Origin: Saccostrea cucullata
Taxonomy: Eukaryota
NCBI RefSeq assembly: GCF_032062105.1
Contig: NW_026920581.1
Coordinates: 992,001 to 1,056,000 of the forward strand
Direction of reading: 5' to 3'
DNA length: 64,000 nt
The notes under the pieces were generated by a model. It did no database searches. It worked only from the letters and a program-made list of their open reading frames with translations, and had not been told where the DNA came from. The position numbers and the translations under genes were made by a program. Below are positions 1 through 14,900 of the stretch, piece by piece (the stretch's first letter is position 1; every line of letters begins with the position of its first letter).

Positions 1-798
1 TAGCTGTTACAGGGTACTTTCACAATTTGATGTAGGTGATTATAGTTTTCAGATTTTTTTTCCATATATAGACAGTTATTTTTATGTATGTGTCAATAAA
101 GGACTTCACATTTTTATGTGATAAGAAAAACTGCACATTTTTTAATAAAGACTTCACATATTATGTAGGTGATTTTGGAATCCTGAGGTATCTTTTAATT
201 GACAGTCTCAATATTCAGGTGGGGGATGCTTTGGTAGAGGAATGCTATGTAGATAGGGTGGGTGGGGTGGGGGACTTGATCTATGGGGTCAAAGGTGAAG
301 GCTATAAGTTATAAGCATTGCATGTTTTTGTTAGGCATTAGCTTCGAAATTTTATTCCTAAACATCAACACTGTAATCACTACAGATAGGTTATGGGTAG
401 AGGATGATAGCACTTGTAGATTTTAACATGCAAGTCATTGATACTATATAAGGTAAAAATTTGTTTTGTCTGCCTATAGCTAAGATGGGACAAATTAACA
501 CTCCATGCTGGCTTGATTAAGTTGAGTACATGTAAAATTTGCAGTCACTTCTAGGTGGGAGTTTGTTACCAGAAAATTTGGAGATATTTCAGAATGAAAT
601 GACATCTTAAATGGAATATTAATGCTAAATTTATTTATCATATTGCAATGGTTAACACTTTCACCACACTATTAAAGTTCACAGCTGATTAAGGGTTTTC
701 AGCATTCTGGTATTGTGCATAATGTGCAGAACTTTGATAAGGTACACTTCATTTATAAATAAATTTTACTAACCCTGGTCATTTTTTAGATTAATTTA

Positions 799-1392
799 TT
801 ATGCCCCCCTTCGAAGAAGGGAGGGCATATTGCTTTGCTGCTGTCTGTCGGTTGGTCTGTCGGTCCACTTAGTTTCTGTTCATTTTCTTCACAACCGTGG
901 CACATACTGAAATGAAATTTGGTATACAGATATATCAAATGAATATCTAGGTCAAGTTCTGTTTTGGGTACAGTTGCATCATTTTTGACAGAGTTATGCC
1001 CCTTGGACTTAGAAAAATTCCAATTATTTGCAGTTTCCGTTCATTTTCTTCGCAGAGGTTGCACATGCTGAAATGAAATTTAGTATACAGATATATCAGA
1101 TGAATATCTAGGTCAAGTTCTGTTTTGGATACGGTCGCACAATTTTTGACAGAGTTATGCTCCTTGTACTTAGGAAAATTCCAATTATTTGCAGTTTTTG
1201 TTCATTTTCTTTGCAGAGGTTGCACATTTTGAAATGAAATTTAGTATACAAATATATCAGATGAAAATCTAGGCTAACTTCTTTTTTGGGTACAATCGCA
1301 CCAATTTTAACAGAGTTATGCCCTTTTGGACTTTGAAAAATTCCTATTTGGGGGGAAGGGGGGCATAAGTGTTTTACAAACATCTCTTGTTT
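799..1392 (+). mobile_element. Non-autonomous Helentron/HINE-like element with ~3 internal 161-bp tandem units
   Basis: Starts TTATGCCCCC..GGGCATA (short inverted repeat), then a (CTGT/CGGT) microsatellite and units starting at ~871, ~1032 and ~1193. Ends GGGGGCATAAGTGTTTTACAAACATCTCTTGTTT. This layout matches bivalve HINE/DINE-1-like elements. Confidence 0.7.
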
Positions 1393-1854
1393 CAATCAGA
1401 TTGTTGAAAAAAAATGGATAAAGTAACTTTTATATATAAGATACACAAAATAAATTACAAGGGGAAAAAAAGGGCATATTATCTTGTTCATAAATTCATA
1501 ATAGAGTATTGTAAGAAGATTGCATATGAAAAGATATGGTGTATTTTAAAGTTAATATCTGAAAGAAAGTTGCTGTATGATTCCCAGGTGACTTTAAAGG
1601 CCTACAGGCCTCTGAACTTTGTCATTCCTGTGGTATTGGCAAAATTAAATGGTGGAATTTTAGGGAATAAAAAGAAACAAATTTCTGAAGATTATTTCAA
1701 TTTTGGAGGTTCTTGTTTGCACCGGATCGCTCCTGTTTTGTGGTTTTTGATGGACTTTTGGACGCGTGTGCTGTTCATTATCTCCATGTACTTTATTTAA
1801 ATAAATATACCACTAAGAATAATGGAATTTTTTTTTTGTTTTGTTTTCCATCAG

Positions 1855-3854
1855 GTGCTGTCATCATTTTCACAGCCCTCCTTTCCGTGGCTTTCCTCGG
1901 ATCAACAATACGTAAACTGATGTGGGCGGGGATATTCACCGTCCTGCTAGGTCTGGCAATGGTAGGATTGTCCGATATTTTATTTGGAGACCAATCAGCT
2001 CAGACAGATACAAATGGAATCATCGCAGGTATATATATAATCTTCATATTTTAAAGTGTTAACATAAAGTTCATAATGATAGTTCCATTATTTCAAGTCC
2101 AAGTACAACGTCTCAAGCCACAGGTTTTGTGTCCATTCTATTTCCACAAATTTGGAAATAGAATGGATACAAAACCCATTGCTTGAGACAATTGTCCAAG
2201 TACTACTTTTCTCTTCCTTTGTTTTAATTAAATTATTAGGTAGACCTACAGTTTTATCAGAGAGTTTTTGTTTTATGCATAGACTTTTTGTTTTATTCAT
2301 TCAGATTCATACATATACACTTTACTATACAGGTGACCTGTTGATTATAATGGCTCAGATCATTGTGGCGGTACAGATGGTGTATGAGGAAAAGTTTGTC
2401 ACCAGATACAGCATCCCAGCAATGCAGGCCGTGGGATGGGAAGGTAAAGCAGCCAAAATTATATATTTGTCCTTGAATATTTTAAAACATAAATTTTTGC
2501 GTATATAGTCTTAGTTTCCGACCTGAATATTAATATTATTGTGCTACACATTATGTGAATCAAAAAGGCACATGGGAATGTTCTGTTCACAATGTACAAT
2601 GTATCTGCCAACCTCCCAACTTGTTACGTTTGAGTCGGACAAGTAATTGGAATATAACCAAGCACCTGTCACCAGATAATGAGGTTCCTGATGTAGTGAT
2701 GTAATTTTGCTGATGAGACCGACTTGTAACTTAATTCTTGAGTTAGACAAGTATTAATCAGAAAGCAGCCACCTGTTACCATGTTGTGAGGATAAGGGTG
2801 ATGACCCTATACTATAGAAGGGTGATGGTATAATTTTTCTCATGAGACCCATAGAATGCAGGAGAGCTAGTGGGCAGGTCTGCTGACTTTGAAGAGCATT
2901 CATAAGATAATAGAAAATGATTATATACAAATGGATTACAAAAGAAATCAAAGCTCCTGCATTTATTCTTAATCAAGTTTAGGAATGTTCAAATAAAATC
3001 CCTGTAAGGCAAGCAATTTTTGGCTTCATTTCTACACATTTGAATAAATTGTTCTACAAAGATTTAGGTAGTACCTGGTGTGTAGGAAACACAGTTATCC
3101 TTCAAAGTATCATTCTTAATATTAATTCTACATAAATCTATTTACAGGGTTTTTCGGGTTCACCGTTCTGGGACTCCTGAACATCGTGTTCTTCTACATT
3201 GATGCCGGTGCCTTCAGTAAATTACCAACTCAGAAGTTAGAAGATCCTATAGATGCTTTTATACAGATAGGGAATAGCTGGATTATTTTATTAGCAACTG
3301 TGGGTAAGTGTCATGTCACTCTATTTCATTTATATTTCTTCTGGAATGAATAAATCTTTTTTTTTTGGCCCATTGCAATTCAAACATTTCAGCTTTAACT
3401 GATGAGCAGTTTCACCATTTTGGTAGATATCTATGTAATATTCTAATCTTGGGTGACTCTGCTTGAACTCATTGTAAAACAATTTATTTATTTTGTAGGA
3501 AATATTGTTAGTATAGCATTCTTCAACTTTGCTGGAATTAGCGTTACAAAGGAGCTAAGTGCTACAACACGCATGGTGCTAGACAGTGTTCGGACTCTTT
3601 TTATCTGGCTGTTGACCCTGTTCTTGGGTTGGCAGGGATTCCAGGTGCTGCAGTTGATAGGATTTTTCATCTTATTGACGGGAATGTGTCTCTACAATAA
3701 CATCATCATAGTCCCGATCGTACAACATATCCGCGAGAGGCGAGCTCAGTATAGGAACTTACAGGACGTAGGAGGGGAAAACGACAGACTTATCAACGAC
3801 CAATCTACGACAGGTAATACTGAACAAAACGTAGACAGAATGATTGATCAATAG
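1855..3854 (+). CDS. SLC35F6: Solute carrier family 35 member F6 (nucleotide-sugar transporter-like), last four coding exons; 5' exons not located in window
   Basis: Exons 1855-2028, 2333-2443, 3148-3303 and 3499-3854, all GT-AG and phase 1. They translate to GAVIIFTALLSVAFLG...GDLLIIMAQIIVAVQMVYEEKFV...AVGWEGFFGF...LEDPIDAF...GNIVSIAFFNFAGISVTKELSATTRMVLDSVRT, matching the characteristic SLC35F6 sequence. Confidence 0.92.
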
Positions 3855-4253
3855 TCATGCTACTGATTTAGAAGTTAAGTGGAGTTTTAACAAATTTTTT
3901 GAAAAATGAAATATTTTAGAATACTATGTTAAAAATTTATCAAATTCAAGTGTATATTGCATTACAATGCTTTGAACAAGTAATCTTTTTAAACATAATT
4001 GTAAACAAGTATAAACTTTTGTTGTGAGTAATATATTGATTACTTTATAAATCTTAAGAACCATATTTATTCCCTATATAAGTTTGCATGGTTCTACGCC
4101 TTTCATATGTGTATTCCTTGTGACAAAACCTTATACCGACATTTTTTACCTCATGACCTTGAAGTATATTATAGTGTGTATATATTCTATAGATATTCTA
4201 TGTTTTTATAGTGTGTGTATATATTCTATAGATATTCTATGTTTTTGTTGCAG

Positions 4254-4288
4254 GAGGAAGTGGTTTCAGTGACCCGGCCTCAACCTAA
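4254..4288 (+). CDS. SLC35F6: Putative alternative terminal exon of SLC35F6 (GGSGFSDPAST*)
   Basis: Internal donor ACAG|GTAATA after 3813 (phase 1) and acceptor TTTTTGTTGCAG|GAG at 4253 join in frame to a short tail ending in TAA. Confidence 0.45.
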
Positions 4289-7200
4289 AGGTCAGTCAGC
4301 TGGACAGGAGGTACACTGGAATAGGTTGACCAACACTGACATTTGTACAGATTTCTGTGATACTAAAACTTTCATATAGATCATAAATAACAGGTTCTTC
4401 TGGTGAGTGTTTACAAGGACTTGATTCTGTAGCTCTTGATTTGACTGTAATTAAGAGCATATTCACTTTTTGTACAGAATGATTGTCTCAGCTTCCTCTC
4501 CATTAAAACAAAACATGTAGTAATTAATCAGTATTTAATAATCAACAACGATAACATATATCTCTTCATAAAGGCAACGAATGTAAATTAAGTTTAACAG
4601 CAATCCAAATGCCCTTGCTTGTGGTGTCAAAACTTTATCCTTGCTACAGTCTTAGATACAGTTGAATTTTGATATCTCAAACACTATTATCTTAAATACC
4701 TTGATAATGTGAAACTAGTTTTATTTTATTATTTAAGTATTTTATTATTATTTTCTCAAATCATTGGATATCTATTATTTTTTTCTTATAGTCCCATAAA
4801 GTTTGAGATTATTAGGTTTGACTACAATGTATATAAGACTTCATATGTCCAGTTGATGTTAAAAATTGTTTTTTAGTACATCAATCAGGTTTTGTCTTGA
4901 AAATTCATTAGGCTAAGTTAGAGGCCCCTCATTAGCAATGTTCTTTTATTTTGACTGTTTGGAAGAAAGCCCTTTCTTATTGTTTCCTTTTATCCATATA
5001 AAGATATACAAAATGATCAAATTTTAAAACTAAAATGTAGGAATTTTTTCTTTGCCAAATGATAGTTGACAGCTTAAGATACCGTATCTAAAAAATAAGT
5101 TAAATCTGGTGGTTAATTTGTGGTTAATTTGTTGACCCCCCAGTCTCTTTAAAGTTAAAAACTTTTTTTTTTATTGTCAAAAGGGATACAATTCTGATCT
5201 TGAGATAATTATAATCTTCTAATGATACAGAAATGACAAACAGATACATGTAAGATGAAGCTACAAAAAGGTTACAACTTTAAATTCAAGGTCATTATGT
5301 TTGTGAACATAGAGCTAACAAAAAGGTACAGAAACAATATGAAGAGTATATGAACCTTGGAATAAGTTGGTCCATGATACTCAGGTCACTGTAAATGTCC
5401 ATAAGCCTTTAGTCCCTGCTTCTTTGAAACATATTAGTGCAATACTGAACTTGTATCATTTCTCCACAGGCTGTAATGATGAGGGAGGGGGTGTGTGTTA
5501 TTATTTCCATTTTCCTCTGTTCATAACTTTTTATATTGTAATACATGTACAGGTTTAGTAAAAATACAGGTATGATTGTTTTAAATATATAAAATGTACA
5601 TAATTATATGTGTATTTTGGTTTTTTTTGTATTGCAATTGACATGTTTTTATAATTATAGAACCTGTATGGGTTAATATCTTACCTTGCCATTTCTTTTA
5701 AGTAATACAATTGGCAGTCCAACAAAGGGTTCAAGACCCATATGTCATGGCCATTAGTTGTAAGAAATGGAGAATTGTGGTATATATTGGCACCATATAT
5801 TGACCTGCTTGAAATCCCATTGCTTTAAATTTTTATATTAATGTATATGTATATGATGTTTTAATGTATATATATGATGTTTTAATAAGTATTTATAATA
5901 CATTTAAATAATTTGTAATACTACGTATAATTTTTTTTTCAAAGAAAGTGTTGTGAAGATTTTCAATTTCATTCCAACATTGGCCTTTCATGGTAGTTTA
6001 CTGCTGAAAGCAATGTCTCTTCATTACCATTAGTCCCCGGTTCAATATTTATCTTTGCTAATTTAAAAATGCAAATAATTTTTTAAACTATTGCTAAGTT
6101 GCAACAATACTTATAAGATAGCTTTAATTAATTAACACCAATAGAGGAACAGGAAGTAGAAAATTGTGATTGATAAAGAAAGTATGTTTTTAAAAATGTG
6201 AATGTGTTTTAAGCTCTCAACTCAAGGAAAGTAATGGAGGACTCAAACAAAAGAGGAATGTAACAAGTCGAATTTAATATTTCTTAATAGAGGAATATGT
6301 ATTTTTATGTACATATGCAAGTATCATATATGATTGTATGCTTGATATGCTCGTTATGCTGTATGTGTGTATTAAATATCTGATGATTAATACATAAATA
6401 TCTGTGCACAATGTTGTACGAAGCATTTGAACTTGTTAGTTATCTAAAGAAGAATCTATTTATTTCATTAATTGAAAAGAAACTAATTTAAAAATGTGTA
6501 AGAATGACTGTAAGAATGACTGTAAAAAATGATAATGATTTTAATTAATAAATACATTAATTGAATTCATGTCACAATGCTAAAATGATGATGCACACAT
6601 TTCCCCCTAGCTGTGAAAAAAAACGTATTGAGTTTTAAAAAATACAAACTAAGGTAAATGGGAATTTGAATGACTTTTAAACTTCATTCATTATTTTTTA
6701 AAAATAAATGTTCAATAAAACTTCTTTCTAGCACCAGACCGTTGACCATGGGGACATGGATTTCATGATTTTTGAAAAACACCTTTGCTCATCACAATGA
6801 CGAACTTATTTGTCTGTTTCATTTGTAGTGAGAGGGAATTTATGCGATTTCACTAGAAGATCAATAGAACCCATACCCTAATAGTAGGACCCTTGATCAT
6901 GGGGCCACAAATGTGGTAAAGGCCTCATGCTTCTTATAACCATATGTCAACAGTTTAACTACTTGGTATCCAGAATTTATAAAAAAAAGATAAAAGGGAT
7001 TTTGATCAATTAGGTTCTATCCTTCAAGCCCAAGTGAGGCAGAATCCATGAAATTCCCAATTTTTGTTTCCTTTTGCCCACAGATGCTTTAAACCAAAAT
7101 ATTTTGAAGTCAGTTCAGTTTTTCAAAACTAGAAGATGAAAATGTTTTAAAACTTTATAACCAATGCAAGACATGATGATGAACAAAGACAAACAGTGAT

Positions 7201-8979
7201 AAATCAATTGATTTGACCAAAAAGATATTTTATTTTTTTTTCTGTGGAACAGCAAAGTTATGGTTTCTTCATCGTATTGACTCAGAGAAGCATTTCATAT
7301 TTGGTTGATTTAAGATCAATAAAGGGATAAGCCGCATAACCCTATGGAGCTCATGTGGGGTCAAATATGGGCTCAAAAGTTTTACTAAGAAGAAAGATGA
7401 AAAAATTCTGTCAAAAATCTTCTTTTGAGGACAAGGCAAAAAACGACTCGTGTGAGCAATGTGGTCCATGGGTCTTTTGTTCACAGATTTATATTTTGAT
7501 GATGTGGATTTGGAGTTTGACCAACATGGAAAATGATGTCAAATTCCCCTCTCTCTCTATCTCCAAAAAAATTCCACAATGCATGGAGTACTTGACGCTT
7601 CTTTATTTCTGCATAATCATCGATAAAGTTGGCAAATGCAATAAGTACATGTACAGAAGCTTAAAGACAGTGTGATCATATAGATTTAAAGTGAATTATT
7701 ACCAGCATTATATAGGTAACAGTCCCAGTTACTGGCATAAATCTAAGACATTGTGATCACATAAACATTACAAAATAATTAATATTCACAAAGTGACATA
7801 CATATTCTTTAAAAACAATGTTGAAAAAAAATCTGCCCTTTGTGTACCAACATTTAATCTTATTTTTCAATTGCAAATGCAGAAGTATGCATTTTTTTAA
7901 AACTAATTATGATGAGATCGATTTAACTGATATTATTTCAAACTACACAATTTTTCCATGTTTTAAAAATGCAAATAGTTTGCTCAGAATAACTAATAGT
8001 AATTTCTAAAGTACATTCCATCTCAAACATGTCCTTGAAAGCTGTCTATAAAAGTACTTTCTGTATACTGTAGTCAGTTTAGAAATAAGAAAACCATGCA
8101 TTAAATTACAGCAAAAATGGCTGGATTGCAAAGTACAGGTAACCACAATTTGAACTCAAGAGCTTTTTAATCAACTATAATGATAACATTGTATAAATTT
8201 CATCCTGATTTATTTGAGTATAATTAAGCTATATTTCATGGTTAGATTCACAAAAGAGCTAAGAAATTTACAAGTTGCTTGATTAATGTCATGTGGACAT
8301 GTCAACACCATTGCTGGTACATGTACCTTAAGTATCAATTGTTATAGATAATTATAATCATAATCTCAAAAAAGATGGGAGCAAAAGAGATACCGACTCA
8401 CTAGGAATAATCAAAGTACATGTACTGGACACACTGGTATTCTGACAGTTTGAAAATGAATTGTAATCGTAGATACAAAATAAGATGAAAAAAGGCAAAA
8501 AAACCCCAAACTTTGATTTAAATGCACTAGGTCAAAGGGTGAGAGGCAATAACAATAACAGTGGAAGTATTTGAAATGCCACATTAGTTTAGGATCAAAA
8601 TGACTGATCCTCAAATTTCTATTTTGAAGGTGAAAAGTCAAGGTCAACATTAAATATGAAGACTATATTTCAGTATTTCAAATATTCATGTTAAAGATAC
8701 AATAAATTTAAGTTTATTATACTAAAAAAAATACTTTATCTCCAGAGCAAATAAAGTACAAAAAGCCAGTAAAGAAATGTTGACACGGACAGATTTCGAT
8801 ACATAGACATAAATATTCAATTTAAAAATTTCAGTAAACTCTGGAATCTATACAGCCAAAAAAAAAAATCAGATGTGCACATTGCATTACATATACATAT
8901 GTTCCTGAATTCTGTTTCTTTAAGTAAATCTGATTTGAGTCATCTTGCACAAATTTAACCAAACACTGCAGTGGTCATT

Positions 8980-11900
8980 TCAAGAAGCTGCTGATAAATT
9001 TTCATTAGAAACATAAGAGTTGGTCTTTACAGTCTCTTCTGGAATGTCTGCTGCTTGACTAAACTGGAAATTTGTTTCTGTGTCATCACTGCAGTCATTA
9101 TATAAAGAAATGAATCTTTCAGAACCACCATCCTTAAGGGAGCTGATATTGGGTGATGGTTCTTTATTTTCAATGTCTTCAGATTCATTTTCTTCATTTT
9201 CATTGTTTGTATTTTCTGATATGTTATCTTCCAGTTCATTGCTATAGTAAGCAAAATTACCATAACCAGAACTGCTTGAATATTCAGACTGGTTGCCATA
9301 GCAATATGCATGATTTGCAGTAGTGCCTAGGCTTTCGTCAGACTGTGAGATTCCACAATTAAGCAATAAATTATTTGGGGTCCCTTCTTGGTTGTTTTGA
9401 CTGGGATTTATATCCGTGTTTGTAGTTCCACCATCTGAACAAAAATGGGAGTCAGCATGTCCTTGCATTTCACAACTATCAATGTTTGGGCTGTTTGATT
9501 TGTTCTCCTCTGAGACAATGCATTTGATTGGTTGATTCCTCTGAGCTGTGTTTTGATTGGGTGCATTTTGATTAGTTCCACTTGTAGTTTGGGAGTCACT
9601 TTTCTTTGTACATTCTTCATTTTCCATATTTTTCTCAATTGTGAAATCTTCTTCCTTTAATGGTAAAAAGAGGGACAAATAAATATTACATTGCAGAACT
9701 GAATTCCAGATCATTGACTGATTATCAGGAAATATACATGCCAAAGGTCTTTGCCCAGTAAAGCAAACAATTTAGTGGTGCTGTACCTGTGCAATTGCTG
9801 AGGGAAATTACATATATATTTCCTGTTTTCCGGATAACCAGTCAACAACTTTCTTGTCATATGTTTTTAGGACATAAACATTACAACTACCTGTTCAGCA
9901 GCTTCTCTCTATTCAATTTAGTAAAAATCTATCAAAATATATTATAACAATATTAATATTCAATTTATAAGAATAAGCATCATTTAGATGTTTTTCAAAA
10001 TATTTTAACTTTAAAGAAATAAAGGTACTGTAGTGAAGAGGCTAAAAAATAACACCCCACTGCATTTTTCTTAAAAGTGTATACACATTCATGAACCACC
10101 TGCAGGTCATAGACAACCTCTACTAAGTACTAAGCTTCCAGTGCTTCTCTCTTTCAAAATGAATGAGTTTTAGCTCAGACAAGAACATTTTCTTCCAGTT
10201 ATTAAAATGACCTTAGGTTAAAATACATGTAGAATAGAATATCATTTATTTCCAATTTTGGGCCCATGAAGGGCATTCAAGAAAAATACAACATAAATAA
10301 AATTTAAAGCTAAAGAGAGGAAGAGATCCAAATGAAAGTTGAATTCATATGCAACAATGAATATGTATAATATATGATAAAAGTACACAAACGCAAATAT
10401 TATGCCACATCATGCATAAATTTTAGTGGATATCTACCTTGTCTGCATATTATATCATTCTCGACTTTCAGGAACATCCTGAGACAACATTGGATCTTTT
10501 ATTGTAACATTTAAATATATATTCTGCAAAACTATTTATTATATATCACTACTTTCATTTGACATTAGCCATATAAAGAACTATTTATATTCTATTTGCC
10601 CCCACAAAGAAACTTCCTGATATGTGCTGAATTCAATAAATACGAGAAATATTTAACAGAAAATATTATAGTTCCAGAGCAGTGTATTCACAATTTCTGA
10701 TTTTATATCACAAACTAGTGATTTTATATCCTTTTTCAGAAAGAGGACAAAATGGACAAAATTTCAACAATTTAAGCTTTAAAATTTATAGAGCGCATGT
10801 GTGTTCAGGAACAATATTGACATATTTCATTGATATTATCATTCTACACATTATATCAAAATATTTATCCTGAACACACATGCGCTCGGTGACTTTTATT
10901 TAAAATATCGACGAAATATGTACATTTTTCTGCAAAATTCATAAAAAACTGAAATTTACGTCATATTTGTGACGTCATTACGTACATATGACATCATTAC
11001 TTATGAAATTATTCAGTGCTTTGAAGTCAGCATATACTCCCCTGTTTAAGGACTTAATTAAATATTACTCCGTCAAAGTTTGATTTTGGGGGGCAAATGT
11101 TGGTTAATACCGCATATAGTTCTTTATTTCTATTTGAAAGTGAGGATAAATTTTTATTTTCTTCACTTATATCATGTTTGACTCATCATTGTGTCATAAC
11201 ATTCCCTGTACCAAGAATGATCTGCCAGTGATTCTCCATCGCAAAATTACAACCTGGACAAGAACATATTATTTGTGCTATTGACCTTGAATTTACCAGA
11301 ATGACCTTGAGTTAAAGTCAAGGAAAGCCCTTGGTAATGGCACACTATTAGGACATAAGCAACCCATGTACCAAGAATGATCTTCCAGTGATTCTTCATT
11401 AAAAAGTTATGACCTGGACCAAAAAATTATACTTTTTTGCAAGTGACCTTAAACTTGTCAGATTGACCTTGAGTCAAGGTCAGAACAAACTTTCAAATAA
11501 TAAGCAATCTTTGTACCAAGTATAAGCTTCCAGTGAGTGTTTCTTCATAAGAAAGTAATAATTAGCCTAAACAAGACTGTACATACAGTACAGACAGGTG
11601 GCCTGACAGACAGACAGATGGGCAAGGTGGATCCTATATACCCCCAAAACAGGGGGTATGATAACAAGGTGATCTTTTAACATCCAGTAATTGCAAAGCC
11701 CACAAGTCTTACTTTAGTGTCTGGCTCCTCATCAATATACTGAATCGAGGACACAGATCCTATGGGTGTGTTGGGCCCTGTGGAGGGGGCGGTCACCACT
11801 AACAATGGCATGGTGTCCAGGTACTTATTGGGGGATGCCACTGATTTACCATTGCCCACTTGGTTGTAGAGATCATTGTGTTTTAACATTGGACTGTTCT

Positions 11901-14900
11901 AAAAAAAAAATTCAGCATAATTAGTCAATTACATTTCATTCAGTGATCACACTTCATAATACAGATCACACAGAGTGTGACTATGTCCTGTCAAATAGTA
12001 TTAATAAATGGGTTCATTGCTTAAATAATGTTCTTTAACTGTTAGATTCCAGAAGAATGTTTTGAAAGATAAAACACATTTTTATTATATGATCAACAGA
12101 GTCCATGGTGGACTAGATTTTAAAAAAAGTCAAGGTCAAAAAATGTTGATGAAGTTTAGTTCTTTTCAATATGTATTGTATCAGCATTGTAGATGTGCTA
12201 AAAAATAAATGAAAAGACTTTTCTTCTGAAAATGAGCAAAACACAAATGTTTGAAAAGTGAGGTCAAGGTCAAAGAAAAAGTCAAGGTCAAGATTGTTGA
12301 TGCATTTGAATAGCTCTTATCAATATGTATCAGCATATGAAGTTTGATAAAAATATCTTGAACACTTTTCTTTGAAACTGATTGAGTTATATCAAAGTGT
12401 GATAGTAGATGAATGGATAAGGATTGAAGAATGGACGATGAACATAACAAACACCATATACTCCAGCCACATTCATGGCAAGGCATAAAAAATAAAACAA
12501 ACTGACATACATGTATCAGACTTATCCTGTGATGTATGTACCATGTAACATCTCAATCTATTGACCTCTTAAGGTAGCTGTAATACCTAATGCTGTGATA
12601 TATGTAACATTTCAGATCTAAGGATGTCAAAGGATTAGGCCCAGGCAGCTAGAGGGTACATAATAGGATTAAAATTCCTAATCAGACAAAGAAAAGAGAG
12701 AGGATTACTCCCTGTGAAGAGAAATTGATCAGTCTGTTTTCATAACATGATTTATATTGTTGCAACCACACAAATGTTACTCTAAGCCTGCGATGACATT
12801 TTACTTTAAACCAGAGACAAATCTTACACCAGGTCTCCAAGCAAAATCATACTAGGTTGTCATCAGTTCAAGATGTCTTCATGCAGTTCAACATTGTCAA
12901 TGAGTAAAACTGTCTCTGACATTTTGTCGTGTCTTGATTCCATGTTTTTGTCAGGTCTTCCAACTTCATTATTCTTGAATGATTATCTTTTGCATATACT
13001 ACCATGCAATGAGAAGAAAGATTCCATTTATGCCTGCCACAGTTTTCTGTTTCACAAGAATTCAAATGGAAACAATTTCCAATGAATTTTAATGTTAGGA
13101 TGAAACATTTATCTTTTAAAACTGAATGCACAAATCGATCAAAAGAATATCCAGAAAAACCATAGTAATGCTATAAAACATGAAACTGTTGTAGGAGCAA
13201 AATCTTTCAAAGTGAAAAGGGTCAACACTGTAACATGTAATATATAAAGTAAAGGAGTAGATTAAACATAAATTGTTATAGACCAGAAAACTTCATGAGA
13301 AAACAAACAGGAAATATACCTACTAGTGATTTTTTATGGGAGAGAAAGAGAGAGAGAGAATATGTGATGCAGACCTCTACCACCTTACTGTTTTGAATCT
13401 CAGGTTTCATGCCATATTATGACCATTACCTGACTATATGACATTATGACCATTACCTGGCTGTATGTCATTATGACCATTACCTGGCTGTGTGTCATTA
13501 TGGCCATTACCTAGCTGTGTGTCATTATGACCATTACCTGGCTGTGTGTCATTATGACCATTACCTGGCTGTGTGTCATTATGGCCATTACCTAGCTGTG
13601 TGTCATTATGACCATTATCTGGCTGTGTGTCATTATGACCATTACCTAACTGTATGTCATTATGACCATTACCTGACTGTGTTCATTATGACCATTACCT
13701 GGCTGTATGTCATTATGGCCATTACCTGGCTGTGTGTCATTATGACCATTACCTGACTGTGTTCATTATGACCATTACCTGGCTGTGTGTCATTATGGCC
13801 ATTACCTGGCTGTGTGTCATTATGACCATTACCTGACTGTGTTCATTATGACCATTATCTGGCTGTGTGTCATTATGGCCATTACCTGGCTGTGTGTCAT
13901 TATGACCATTACCTGGCTGTGTGTCATTATGGCCATTACCTGGCTGTGTGTCATTATGACCTTTACCTGACTGTGTTCATTATGACCATTACCTGGCTGT
14001 ATGTCATTATGACCATTACCTGACTGTGTGTCATTATGACCATTACCTGACTGTGTTCATTATGACCATTACCTGGCTGTGTGTCATTATGACCATTACC
14101 TGGCTGTGTGTCATTATGACCATTACCTGGCTGTGTGTCATTATGACCTTTACCTGGCTGTATGTCATTATGACCATTACCTGGCTGTGTGTCATTATGA
14201 CCATTACCTGGCTGTGTGTCATTATGACCATTACCTGACTGTGTTCATTATGACCATTACCTGGCTGTGTGTCATTATGACCATTACCTGGCTGTGTGTC
14301 ATTATGACCATTACCTGGCTGTGTGTTATTATGACTATTACCTGGCTGTATGTCCTTATGACAATTACATGGTTGTATGTCATTATGACCATTACCTGGG
14401 TGTATGTTATTATGACCATTACCTGACTGTATGACCATTACCTGGCTGTAATATGACCATTACCTGGCTGTATGTCAATATGACCATTACCTGGCTGTAT
14501 GTCATTATGACCATTACCTGGCTGTGTGTCATTATGACCATTACCTGGCTGTTTGTCATTATGACCATTACCTGGCTGTGTGTCATTATGACCATTACCT
14601 GGCTGTGTGTCATTATGAGCATTACCTGGCTGTGTGTCATTATGGCCATTACCTGGCTGTGTGTCATTATGGCCATTACCTGGCTGTGTGTTATTATGAC
14701 TATTACCTGGCTGTGTGTCATTATGACCATTACCTGGCTGTGTGTTAATATGACCATTACCTGGCTGTATGTCAATATGACCATTACCTGGCTGTATGTC
14801 ATTATGACCATTACCTGGCTGTCTGTCATTATGACCATTACCTGGCTGTGTGTCATTATGGCCATTACCTGGCTGTATGTCATTATGACCATTACCTGGC

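Noticed and set aside
1108-1800. ORFs 1108-1395 and 1414-1800 and similar short AT-rich ORFs throughout introns
   Set aside because: They lie in repeats or introns, with no recognisable motifs or splice-compatible context.
2708-2740. CTGATGAG hammerhead-like core (also at ~3399)
   Set aside because: No stem II followed by GAAA and no flanking helices.
12828-13131. Possible extra exon of the membrane-protein gene
   Set aside because: A donor-like site exists at 12827, but every frame leading to it contains a stop, and the flanking exons already join in frame.
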